Below are positions 1-10,264 of a stretch of 64,000 bases of DNA, piece by piece. Position numbers and translations under genes: made by a program. This DNA comes from a virus, in IMG/VR virus record IMGVR_UViG_3300025450_000016. One strand, 5' to 3'. The notes beneath the pieces were generated by a model, which worked only from the letters and a program-made list of their open reading frames with translations, made no database searches and had not been told where the DNA came from. The first letter of the stretch is position 1. Every line of letters starts with the position of its first letter.

Positions 1-3000
1 TTGATCCGCTAGTAATAATGGCACCAAAAGAACGCTGATTTGATACTGTTTCAAGTGCTCTTAGTGTAACACTCACCGCAGTATTACCTTCAAATGCATA
101 GGTTACGTTGCCAGCTGCCAGTACATTTGCAAACTTGGATGTAGCTATGTTTGCCGACGATATTGGTGTGATATTTGATGTTGGGAATGTGGCAGAATAC
201 ACATTACCTGTGGTAATATAAGTGTTGCCACCGCTGTCAAAAATATATGTGTGCAAAGGAAACGCTGTGTTGGCTGTCCAAGTTTTAGTGCCAGGGCCAT
301 AGACATTTCCGGTAACAGTATAACTGTTTCCGTTGTAGTAGGTTAGAACTCCAGGTTTTATTGTGGTACCAGGTTGCCATAAATCCACAGTGGTCAAACT
401 GGTGATGATATCACCAACATTGACGCTTATGTTTGCTGTAGTTGTAATTCCATATGCAACCACATCAGTTGCTTGGTAAGTTGTTGCCTGACTCAATGTT
501 GTTGAGGTAACTGCGGTATTGGGAATCTGTTGTGTTGCACTAGAATCTACCACTCGACTGCCGGCTGGATGTATGTTAGCTGTTGCGGTTCCGTCAACTC
601 CGCGTCTAATTTGTGCCAAGGTATTGATACTGACTTGTTCAATTTGTGTTGGTGCTACATTTGCAAAATCTATGGCATAAACGTTACCAGTGGCCACATA
701 AACATTGCCAACGTAACTGATCAAACTTCCAGCAGGTACTGTAATGTTTGGTTGCCAAGGAATAGGAGTTTCCAATGCATAGTTTCTCCAGTAAGCAATT
801 TTTTCTCCGTTGATGAAAACAATGCCCGGTGTGCTGGATATCTGATTGGGGGCCGGCAAACGTGTAGCATCAACTACACTGATAGTTGTGTCGGTCATTG
901 CTAAATCTTGGGCTAATGCTGTGGTTGATGCCGCGGCAATTCGATAATAAGATCTCTCGCTTTGCATATTATCAAAATATCTCCAAGCAATATTGTCAGT
1001 TTGATAAACACTCAAATTAAAACTGTCAAACATACGACCCGGTATTAATTCTTCGGGTGCGTGACTGACATAGCTGTTTACATAGCTGCCACCATCCACA
1101 TACACATTGGCCATATCAATGCCCAGGTTGTCGGAATATTGACTTTGTATAATAGTATCTACTGTGGTACCCAGGTATGTGTTGCCTTCAATGATCACCC
1201 CAGGATAATTTATTCCGTCGCTGATCAAACTCAAATCAACATTGCCGTTGTAGGCCACAATGCGATCATTGGCATTGTCAAAGTCTGCGGCAGAAATTTT
1301 GACAATTTGGGAAGGAAAGTTGACTGTGTTTGTTACAGTATTTCCAGTGATCACGTAGTTGTTGCTCAATCTAAATAGATGTGTATCCAACACTATGACT
1401 GAGTTGGCTGCAATAGTTTGTCCCAAACTTGCACTAACATTGCTTGATATATTGCTCCAAAACACAAAAGTGTTTGGGTTGGTATATGTGGTACGGTCAA
1501 ATTTGATATTGGTTTTGATGCTTCTGACCACGTTGTGTCCCGAATTGTTTCCGGTATATTCGTTTCTCAGTATTGGGTTAACTATTGCACCCGCGCCTGT
1601 GCCGTTGACAACTATGGTCGGAGTCGATGTATAACCAGATCCAGGGCTGATCACACGAATTTGATTGATCTGGCCGTATGAGTTAATGGATGCAGACAAA
1701 TTGGCTCCGGTACCACCACCACCGGTAACAATAAGTTGCGGAGGCAAGGTGTAACCCGATCCAGGGTTCTCTATGCTTACATCAACAATTTTGTAGGTGT
1801 AGTTGTTGGACCAATTTTGGTAGGTACTACTAGATAGCAAGGCAACGTCAGTACTTTGTGTTCCGTCTGGTGCTCTGTAAGTTTTTAAATTGGCGTCCCA
1901 GTATGCCGGCAGGTCAAAGTCTGTTATGTCTCCGGCATACGGATCATTGCGTTTGTAATTGATAACAAATTCGCGCAGTATGGTTCTGTATGGTTTAACT
2001 TCGTTGATGTACTCTAGATAATAATCTTGGTTGTCTTTGATGTAGGCCGGGAAAGTTTCTAATTTTCTAATATCTTGTGTGGCCGATACAAAGCTGGTTT
2101 TAAATACCCAATCTAGATTTTTCTGTTCACTAAGCACATACTTGACCATTGAGAAGAAAATTTGATTGTAAGTCAACGCCAAGTCTTCAATGAAAATTTC
2201 TTTTTGCATTGCAGAAATAATTTGTCTCAATTCTTTGCTTGGAATAGCGCCAGTGGTGATTTGTAAGGTGCCGTTTTGTATTCCCACCAATGTTTTGGTA
2301 AGGTCGCTGTTGATCTGATAAACTAAAAATTGTCCGTTACCACCATCCAACACTTTGACAAACTGACCAGCTGTCAGTGACAATTTGCCCAGCTCAATGT
2401 CATTTTTAACAGTATAGTTGGGAGTGGTAGTTGGATTGTAAGCAGAATCATACCAATCAGCATAGGTCCAATACAAATCGGTTTTGTAAGTTTGTACTGT
2501 TGATACCGTAAATATGCCCACCGTGCCATTACAGCCCGACAGAGTGTATACTGCCCATTTGCCCAAATTGGTGCTGTCTGATTTTACCAATACACGACTT
2601 TGACCCACAGTTAATGCCGTTGTATCAATGTAATTTAATTCATCAACAGTATCAACTGTTAAATCATATGCACCTGAATTGGCAGTAGGTACTGGTTCCT
2701 GGCTGAGCAAGGTTGTTAGTACTTTACGTTGTGTTACTGGATAGGTTAATAATTGTGTGTTGACCAAAGTAACATAGTTAATCAGGGCCAACGGCTGATC
2801 CACAAACATTGTTTGTCTTGGACGAATATTGATACCGTAGGCCTGTGCCGGAGTTAACGCAGGATCAGGAACAACATTGCCAAATTTGTCAACCCCAGCA
2901 AGACTGTCAATAAACTTGGCCAATATTGCTGCAGGAATAACGCTGTCGGCATTGCCTTCTTGTACCAACGCATACTCGTTGTGTATTAAATCTGCATCAG

Positions 3001-6000
3001 GACTAAAACTGCCCAAATGCAATACAGTATTTTTTGCTACCAAGTATTGATTTACATTGTACAAGGCCACGGTGTCATTGCGTAAAAATGCCGCATATGG
3101 AATTCCTTGACTCAAAGGATTTTCAATGGCAGAAACAATACTGGAAACGCTGTTGTATTTGCCGGCCGCTGTGTTGGCCACATCTCTGCCCGACACCCAG
3201 AAATAATACTTCAACTGTACTGATCCTGATTGATCAATGTATCCATATGTGCTGTAGGCGCTGTCATTGCTGTATAAAGGTGTACCCACGTCAGAATACT
3301 GACTTGGCGGTACGGTGCTTTCTACCCATTCGTAAACATCAATTGAGCTGCCAGGGAATCGATTGCCCCATTGGTTTAATCTATAGATCAATTCATCTTG
3401 TTCGTAGTCTACGTAACGTACAGTATCCAAATTCCACCAAATTTTACCTACCTGAGCAGGCCCCCAGTGGTAATCGTTGTGTATGGTCAGACCAGGATTT
3501 AATGTAACATTACCGGCATTGTAAAGTGCTGGATCTTGTGTGCGTTGATAATCAATGTCTCTGGCAACAAAATTTAACACTTTTCCTTTGTTGGGATCAA
3601 CATAGTCTATTGCAGCTAAAATATTGTTGTTGACTTTGTTGTACAAAAATGTTCGGTTGATGCTGTTGATATCAACTTGGGGTTCTTGATTTCTGATCAC
3701 TGTCCAAGAATTATCTACAGCGTCATATTGGTATACTCCCCACTCACCTGTGTTGTAATTATCAACCCAAACTTTATCGCCAGTGATCCATCCGCCGGGT
3801 GGTGTAACTGATGCAATACCAGAAGGTGTTGCCACTCTAACCGATGCAAATTTATATACTGCACCATTGCCCTGTACCGGAGCCGGAATCAGTGCAACTA
3901 AGTTGGCCACGTTGGTAATGGCTATAACAACAGAATTGTTGTTGTTGATTTGAATTACTTTGTACATTCCATCAAACACTGATGTGTTGTAGGTGGGCGA
4001 CGAGGGATTCAAGTCAATATTGAAATTGTTTAACAGTATGTAATCACCAACCACAAATGAATGTGTAGAATTGAATGTCAGCTGTGCGTAGTTGTCTAAA
4101 TTGTAAGTGAGTGTGGTTGCTGTCAATCCGGTGTTGTTGATTCTAAACACATTCCATTGTTGATTGTTATCTTTGGCTACCCATACATAATTGCCCACTG
4201 TTACTGCTGGTGTAACGGTGTTGGTTATATCAAAAATAGTTGCGTCAACATCGTTGACATTGACATATCCAGCAGTTGGTAAATCTTGAGGATATGCTGT
4301 ACCTGTTCTATTGTTGTACAGTGATGTGCTTACGCTGGACAAATTGCTGGCATTGTAAACGTTAGACAATTTTAAATTGGCATCCAACTTCAAGTCCACA
4401 ATGATATTGCCAGTGGAATAAGAATCAGTTGTTAATGTAAATGCCACAGGATTTGTTTTGAACACACTTTGATCTAGAATAAATTCTGTGTATTGATTTC
4501 TAGCTAGGTCACCGTACTGTCCAACGCGGAACGCCCATTCTTCGTAGGTGGTGATACTGCCGCCCACGTTGTTAAAGTTGGCTTTGGTCAATGCGCTGAC
4601 AGAATTGATTGTGCCTTTTTGTTTGATATAACCCTGGTATAATTTTGTTTGATTTTGCACAGATATACCTAGATCAGTCAAGTAAGGACGCTGTCTAAAT
4701 CCTATTAGGCCAGCACTGAATGCCTGAAAATCTTCGCTGACAGGCGGACGATCGATATCGTATATTCTTTCAAACTCTTGAGCATTTTGACCAAAGCTGG
4801 GCAGTAATCCAGTTTGAATATCAGATTTGCTGATACTGGTCCACTGCTGTGGATTAAATGTTTCGCTGGCATCTAAATCAGTTTTGGTAACATAAATTTG
4901 ATTGCTGTAGGTAACTATGTCGCCAGACTTGTAGTCTGTTCCTGGTTCCCACGTAACTACTGTAAAGTCACTGTAGACAAATCCTGGAGCATCAAGTGCG
5001 CCAGTCCAAGCGCCAGTTTTAGATCCGGTCAATCGTAAACGATATTGACGACTGCCCAAACTTGGTACATAGATAATGTCGCCAAAGTCACTGACATTGT
5101 CCAAGATCAACACGTGCTCGTACTGTATCAAATTGAATTTGCCATAACACATTGGCGTACCGTTGACTGTACTCACAACTGTTTGATTGCCATTGACAAA
5201 GTTTTCTTTTCTCAACACATTGAAATCATTGCTCTTGATGGTTTTATAATTTTGATCTAACAATTTACTGCTGTTTGGCAAATTGGTAATTTCGTCTACA
5301 ACCATTTGAGTAGAATTGATAGTCACCGATGTGGCTGCTGGATTTAGTAAGATAATTGTGCCAATGTCCCAACCCTGTTGTGCCCAGTATAAAAATTCTT
5401 TGACACTCAATTTCCAATCACGCACCTCACTGAGATCGTAATCAAAGTCAGTAAACACAAAACCTTGACTGGTCAAGTATCTTTGATAGCTGAATAAAAA
5501 GTCTGCCAACTGTTGTTCGTTTACAAATACTGTACCATATGGTATGGTCATTGTTTCGTTGGCGCTGTCTTGGTACAGGTTCACTGTTAGTCCATTGACA
5601 GTTACCACGTCAACTGATCTGCTTACCGCACTTGGAATAATGGTAAAATACGGATTGGTTGTATCGTATCCGGTTACGCTATAGCCTGCCTGAACATTTT
5701 CCACGATCACTGCGCTGTATGAAATGGATTTAACCGGAACCGATTTGTTTAGATACAAATTGTAGTTTGCATCTGGAATAATTACGCTGGCATTTGTTGA
5801 ACCCGGACTTGTTTGTTCCGCACTCACCGTCAAAATCTTTTTATCAGTGAACCCACCAACTTTGTAAGACAGTTGCATATTCAAATGCATAAAATACTGA
5901 TTGAACTTTGCTACTGGATCAATGCCAAGATTTTTAACGCTGTCAAAAATCCAATTGATATAGCCGCTGGTACGTAACACAGTACCCGATGTGCTGTCGC

Positions 6001-9000
6001 CATTGACAGCCAACAATGTTGGAGTCAATTTTTGATTGTCGCTGTTGCTGAATTGTCCAGTTACTGAATTTCTATAGAAACGACTGGTGTCAATTTGTGT
6101 GCTGAAATATTTTGCTGGTCTAGTCAATGCCATAGCCAATTGCAATGCATAAGCATAGTCACTGCTTCTGCGCCAAGCTGTTTCTACTGGGCCTTGCTGA
6201 CCCACGCTGAAACTGCCAGATATAGTTCTTTGATTGAGCCCTGCCATCAACGGAATCTCTGATGGTGATTTTAGATCGCCAATTTCGTTCACTGGAATAA
6301 TTGATGTCAAGCCAGGTCTAGCAAATCTTGTATCGTAGTAGGGATTGCCTGCGTTCCAAATGTAGCCAGCTTCAAGATCTTGCCACAGAGTCAAGTTGTT
6401 TCCGGTGTACGGTGCTGGACCATAACGATCTGTCCACCAATTTGGTTGGCGACTGAAGCCCAACATTTCCCACGGATGCAGGTGCGGACTATCTGTGTCA
6501 AACCAGTAGTTGTAAATTGCTCGCCAAGTTCCTTGTAAAGGAAGTCCTGTCAGGCTGTCAGCCAGACCGCCATAGTTCCAGGTCCAGCTGTTGTTGGCGT
6601 CATACCAAGTGTTTGATGTGTAGTCAATTTTGTAATTGCCGACCCACTGTAAAAAGTTTTGGTTTAGAATTTGATTGAATTCTTCTTTGCTGTAGTCAGT
6701 ATTTCTGAAATATCCGGGAATTGTATCGTAAAGGTTAATTTCATTGGTTGCGTAACTGGCTTTGATATTGTTAAAAATTCTTCGCTCAAGTTCTAGCAAA
6801 AAGTCGTCGCGGAAATCACCAAACGCCGGAGTTAAACTTCCGTCGTGTCCTCTAATAACACGCACAGGAGTTTGATATGTGCTGTCAAGATAAATCTCTG
6901 GTTCAAACTTTGGGTGCAGTCCCAATTTGGTTGGTGTTTCCGGCACATAACAACCATCGGTATTAAAATAGTCTCTGATGGTCAGTGTGTCACCAAATGT
7001 CAATGAAACCATGATTTCAACTGCTGGACTCACTGTGCTGAATTGGTAGTCGCGTCCCATTACCAATTGTTTATTGTTTAAATAGACCAATACTGCACGA
7101 TTGCTCAATTTGGTTGTGTCAAAGAAACTGCTGATTTCGTAACTGGTTTGACGTGCATTTAAAATAGAGTACACCGTGGTGTTGTAATTGCCACCTTGTG
7201 GTACCATATCACTGAAGTACCAAGGGAATGTGTTGTTTTTGACCAAATTGATACTTTGTAATATGGCATCAACACCGGTCACGGGATTTTTATAATCAAT
7301 ACCATTCAACGTGGTGCACAGGCCCAAAAATTTATTTTTAAAGCGTGTGTATTCTTTTCTTGCTGCCGTAATGCTGTCAACAAAATTGGCCGACGGATCG
7401 TTTAAAAAACTCATTGCATAAGTCAATGGCGCACTATGTTGTACCAGTGTGCCACCTTGCGCTTTTAAATATCTGTCTTGCGAAGGTGTTGATTCAGTTG
7501 CCCCAGTAACAGTATTTTCAATCAGTTTGTTATAGTGTGCTCGTAATTGGCCAAGCGTGATTGTTGTGAAATTTTCATTCAGTGGGTTTAGGTCCAAGTT
7601 CTGAGGAACTTCGTAGTAGCCTATACTGCTTGGTTCGTTGCTAAACACAGCAACGTCAATTTTATCTCCAATGGCTGGCATCGATAAAAGATTAACAACA
7701 TTGTATACACCATAGGTAGTTACCACATAGTCAACATCTCTGCGTAGCAATGTGTTGTTTAAAAAAACTTTGATGTATGGTACTGTGGCTTCGTTGTCGG
7801 GCGTCACATCAATTTGTACAAATGCTCTTTCTATACCTTGATCATCTGTTATCACGTATCCTTCAAAGAATTTGGTAAACAGTTGATATTGTTGTGTTGG
7901 TTCAACACCTTTCACCCAGTTGTTTAATTTTGTTTGTGTGTCCAGTCCAGAATTTTTGACCATATAGCCGCTGTTGCAGTTGTGTGTGGTCACGGTAGAA
8001 TTTACTGTTGTGGTAAAAGTGTCTGTGTCGTAATAGTTTGAAAAAACAATATCGCCAATGTTGTTGAAGTTTTGATATTGCAAGGCAAAACCCAATACTG
8101 CATCGGGTGTTCCTGTGCCGTGTTCGTAGCCAAACAACTGTGTACCAGCAAAGGTTGACGCAGGATAAACGGTGGTATCTGCAAAGCTGTAGCCATCAGC
8201 ATCTACCAGTTCAAACATTGGTGGCTGATTAAAATTGGTCTTGGCCTGACACAAATGCCATTGTGCGCCATCAAATCTATAGGTATTGCCGGTGTGTGTT
8301 CCTTGCGTGATCAACACGTTTTCGTATGCCAACACCGGGTCGTCGTTGGTTGGTATCAGTCTGATAAAGTTGGTGTGATTGATGGTTTCAAATAACACTT
8401 CCCAAATTTGGCCTTTGACTGTGTTATCATAGTCGTTGGCAAAAATAATACGCATACCAGGGTATACTGTGATTCCGTCCACTTGTGCAGTGATCTGGCC
8501 TTCAACTTGATTGAAAGCATCACTCTGTGCTTCGTTTGGATTTACACCAATGATTACGTCTACTGTTTGTTTGTGTTGGCGTCCGTAGTTGAACAACTGT
8601 AGGTTAGGTTCAAATTCAATAATAGGACGGCGGCCAAAAATATTTGGGCCGTAGTTGATATCTGTTTGATTGTAACTGGCCGATGTGGCCAGTACATCTT
8701 TGTGGAACCAACGGTTACTGCGGCTCCAGGGATTGGCATCCTGGCTGGCACGATTGATTGTAAAGTAATCGGGTGTAGTTGCTATATCTGCGCCAAATGC
8801 TTCGGGCACTATGCATTGCGACACTGGCACCAACACAATACCAGTTCCAACTCCTTCTACATAATATTCACGGTTGGCATAATCAACCGGCACTACCATT
8901 GAATCAAAACGTATTTTTAATCCGTTGGTAAATGCAACGCCATTGGGACTGGTATATCCAACTCGTCCCAAGATATCATTTGCAATATCTATAGGAGTTC

Positions 9001-10264
9001 CGGCAGTATCAACCAATTTGATTTCGCCAATAAAGTCGGGATTGCTACTGTCTTGATAGTATAGATAATCCAAGTCGGCTGTAATCAATGGTACTCGATT
9101 GTACAAGTAGTTGTTGTCAACCCAGTAATAAAATGATGCGTAGGTTTTTCCTGACACAATAAAAACTTTTTGTTGTTTATCTACAGTGGTCAAAGAAGAA
9201 ATCTGTATTACTGAATCGGCACCGTTGTCAATGGGGGTCAGGCTAATTTGCCAAACACCAGTACGCAGAGCAGGATCTACTATGGCTCCTGGTACAGAAT
9301 ATCCAGTGGCTTGTGCAGTATAGTCTGGCGGCAATAAGGGTGCAGTCCAGTTTTGATCGTCGATCTTGTTGTTAATAAACACCAGTGTTTTGCCGGCTTC
9401 AATTTTGACTCCGTCAATGCCTTCGGGGTATGTTCTTAAGAATTCGCTCAAGCGACGATTTTGTATTTCAGTGTAATCAAATACCGCAGCTGCATCAACT
9501 TGAGAAGCTGTTCTCATCTGCAGGAAAAAATCCTGTGCTGTTTTTCGTGGCACGTTGAATTTGACTGTGCCGGTATCGCTACCGTTGTTGACTACACCAA
9601 ACACTTCTCTAGTGCTGATAGTTGGTACTGCTCGGTCGACACCGGTTAATCCGGGTTCGCTTTGTATCCAAAATTTAATGCCAGGTTGATTCAATTGAAA
9701 TTCGTATGAACCACCGCGTGCCAAAATCAACTGCGGATTTTGATAAGTGCCAGCACCGCTAAATGTGTAACCGCCTACACCGGTATTTCTAGTCACAGCA
9801 AAGTTGCCGGCTAGCGGAACTTGATTGGAATAAATGTCCACAGCCGCAGGGCCATCAGGCAACCAATAATAATTTCCGTAATTTACAAATTTATCGTAAT
9901 CAAATTTTCCGTCATAGTTGTAAATTTCTTCTGAGAACAAACGCTGATGGTTGTTTGCAAAACCGTTGTTGGTACTTACTGTGTTTAATAAGTCTATGTA
10001 GTCGGCAGTAAATAAAATATTTTTGTTGTTGTCATCTACTACAACTGTTGATTCCAGTTGATACTGCTTGCGTAATGCACTTGTTTCAGGAACATAGTTG
10101 TCACCCAGCTTGTAAGTGGGTGCAAAGGTTCTACCAATGTATCCGTTGAGTGGTCCAATAACGCTGTCTTGTACCAACTGGTCCAGTGTTGCACCGGTAA
10201 AACGTTGGTTGGTTGTAGTTCTAAATACCTGAGGTAAAAAGTTTTGGGTATTGATCAATGCCAT
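1..10264 (-). CDS. Giant baseplate/virion structural protein (>3,420 aa, runs off the left edge)
   Basis: ATG at 10264 overlaps the gp6 stop (TAATG) and reads MALINTQNFLPQVFRTTTNQRF. Spot checks at ~4950, ~350 and position 2 (...AIITSGS) are in the same frame. It is absent from the ORF track, consistent with no stop inside the window. It sits downstream of gp6, where large wedge proteins usually lie. Confidence 0.85.
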   Translation of the reverse strand, partial: MALINTQNFLPQVFRTTTNQRFTGATLDQLVQDSVIGPLNGYIGRTFAPTYKLGDNYVPETSALRKQYQLESTVVVDDNNKNILFTADYIDLLNTVSTNNGFANNHQRLFSEEIYNYDGKFDYDKFVNYGNYYWLPDGPAAVDIYSNQVPLAGNFAVTRNTGVGGYTFSGAGTYQNPQLILARGGSYEFQLNQPGIKFWIQSEPGLTGVDRAVPTISTREVFGVVNNGSDTGTVKFNVPRKTAQDFFLQMRTASQVDAAAVFDYTEIQNRRLSEFLRTYPEGIDGVKIEAGKTLVFINNKIDDQNWTAPLLPPDYTAQATGYSVPGAIVDPALRTGVWQISLTPIDNGADSVIQISSLTTVDKQQKVFIVSGKTYASFYYWVDNNYLYNRVPLITADLDYLYYQDSSNPDFIGEIKLVDTAGTPIDIANDILGRVGYTSPNGVAFTNGLKIRFDSMVVPVDYANREYYVEGVGTGIVLVPVSQCIVPEAFGADIATTPDYFTINRASQDANPWSRSNRWFHKDVLATSASYNQTDINYGPNIFGRRPIIEFEPNLQLFNYGRQHKQTVDVIIGVNPNEAQSDAFNQVEGQITAQVDGITVYPGMRIIFANDYDNTVKGQIWEVLFETINHTNFIRLIPTNDDPVLAYENVLITQGTHTGNTYRFDGAQWHLCQAKTNFNQPPMFELVDADGYSFADTTVYPASTFAGTQLFGYEHGTGTPDAVLGFALQYQNFNNIGDIVFSNYYDTDTFTTTVNSTVTTHNCNSGYMVKNSGLDTQTKLNNWVKGVEPTQQYQLFTKFFEGYVITDDQGIERAFVQIDVTPDNEATVPYIKVFLNNTLLRRDVDYVVTTYGVYNVVNLLSMPAIGDKIDVAVFSNEPSSIGYYEVPQNLDLNPLNENFTTITLGQLRAHYNKLIENTVTGATESTPSQDRYLKAQGGTLVQHSAPLTYAMSFLNDPSANFVDSITAARKEYTRFKNKFLGLCTTLNGIDYKNPVTGVDAILQSINLVKNNTFPWYFSDMVPQGGNYNTTVYSILNARQTSYEISSFFDTTKLSNRAVLVYLNNKQLVMGRDYQFSTVSPAVEIMVSLTFGDTLTIRDYFNTDGCYVPETPTKLGLHPKFEPEIYLDSTYQTPVRVIRGHDGSLTPAFGDFRDDFLLELERRIFNNIKASYATNEINLYDTIPGYFRNTDYSKEEFNQILNQNFLQWVGNYKIDYTSNTWYDANNSWTWNYGGLADSLTGLPLQGTWRAIYNYWFDTDSPHLHPWEMLGFSRQPNWWTDRYGPAPYTGNNLTLWQDLEAGYIWNAGNPYYDTRFARPGLTSIIPVNEIGDLKSPSEIPLMAGLNQRTISGSFSVGQQGPVETAWRRSSDYAYALQLAMALTRPAKYFSTQIDTSRFYRNSVTGQFSNSDNQKLTPTLLAVNGDSTSGTVLRTSGYINWIFDSVKNLGIDPVAKFNQYFMHLNMQLSYKVGGFTDKKILTVSAEQTSPGSTNASVIIPDANYNLYLNKSVPVKSISYSAVIVENVQAGYSVTGYDTTNPYFTIIPSAVSRSVDVVTVNGLTVNLYQDSANETMTIPYGTVFVNEQQLADFLFSYQRYLTSQGFVFTDFDYDLSEVRDWKLSVKEFLYWAQQGWDIGTIILLNPAATSVTINSTQMVVDEITNLPNSSKLLDQNYKTIKSNDFNVLRKENFVNGNQTVVSTVNGTPMCYGKFNLIQYEHVLILDNVSDFGDIIYVPSLGSRQYRLRLTGSKTGAWTGALDAPGFVYSDFTVVTWEPGTDYKSGDIVTYSNQIYVTKTDLDASETFNPQQWTSISKSDIQTGLLPSFGQNAQEFERIYDIDRPPVSEDFQAFSAGLIGFRQRPYLTDLGISVQNQTKLYQGYIKQKGTINSVSALTKANFNNVGGSITTYEEWAFRVGQYGDLARNQYTEFILDQSVFKTNPVAFTLTTDSYSTGNIIVDLKLDANLKLSNVYNASNLSSVSTSLYNNRTGTAYPQDLPTAGYVNVNDVDATIFDITNTVTPAVTVGNYVWVAKDNNQQWNVFRINNTGLTATTLTYNLDNYAQLTFNSTHSFVVGDYILLNNFNIDLNPSSPTYNTSVFDGMYKVIQINNNNSVVIAITNVANLVALIPAPVQGNGAVYKFASVRVATPSGIASVTPPGGWITGDKVWVDNYNTGEWGVYQYDAVDNSWTVIRNQEPQVDINSINRTFLYNKVNNNILAAIDYVDPNKGKVLNFVARDIDYQRTQDPALYNAGNVTLNPGLTIHNDYHWGPAQVGKIWWNLDTVRYVDYEQDELIYRLNQWGNRFPGSSIDVYEWVESTVPPSQYSDVGTPLYSNDSAYSTYGYIDQSGSVQLKYYFWVSGRDVANTAAGKYNSVSSIVSAIENPLSQGIPYAAFLRNDTVALYNVNQYLVAKNTVLHLGSFSPDADLIHNEYALVQEGNADSVIPAAILAKFIDSLAGVDKFGNVVPDPALTPAQAYGINIRPRQTMFVDQPLALINYVTLVNTQLLTYPVTQRKVLTTLLSQEPVPTANSGAYDLTVDTVDELNYIDTTALTVGQSRVLVKSDSTNLGKWAVYTLSGCNGTVGIFTVSTVQTYKTDLYWTYADWYDSAYNPTTTPNYTVKNDIELGKLSLTAGQFVKVLDGGNGQFLVYQINSDLTKTLVGIQNGTLQITTGAIPSKELRQIISAMQKEIFIEDLALTYNQIFFSMVKYVLSEQKNLDWVFKTSFVSATQDIRKLETFPAYIKDNQDYYLEYINEVKPYRTILREFVINYKRNDPYAGDITDFDLPAYWDANLKTYRAPDGTQSTDVALLSSSTYQNWSNNYTYKIVDVSIENPGSGYTLPPQLIVTGGGGTGANLSASINSYGQINQIRVISPGSGYTSTPTIVVNGTGAGAIVNPILRNEYTGNNSGHNVVRSIKTNIKFDRTTYTNPNTFVFWSNISSNVSASLGQTIAANSVIVLDTHLFRLSNNYVITGNTVTNTVNFPSQIVKISAADFDNANDRIVAYNGNVDLSLISDGINYPGVIIEGNTYLGTTVDTIIQSQYSDNLGIDMANVYVDGGSYVNSYVSHAPEELIPGRMFDSFNLSVYQTDNIAWRYFDNMQSERSYYRIAAASTTALAQDLAMTDTTISVVDATRLPAPNQISSTPGIVFINGEKIAYWRNYALETPIPWQPNITVPAGSLISYVGNVYVATGNVYAIDFANVAPTQIEQVSINTLAQIRRGVDGTATANIHPAGSRVVDSSATQQIPNTAVTSTTLSQATTYQATDVVAYGITTTANISVNVGDIITSLTTVDLWQPGTTIKPGVLTYYNGNSYTVTGNVYGPGTKTWTANTAFPLHTYIFDSGGNTYITTGNVYSATFPTSNITPISSANIATSKFANVLAAGNVTYAFEGNTAVSVTLRALETVSNQRSFGAIITSGS

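Noticed and set aside
530-9649. Short ORFs listed in the first 10 kb
   Set aside because: All lie opposite to, or out of frame within, the giant minus-strand gene.
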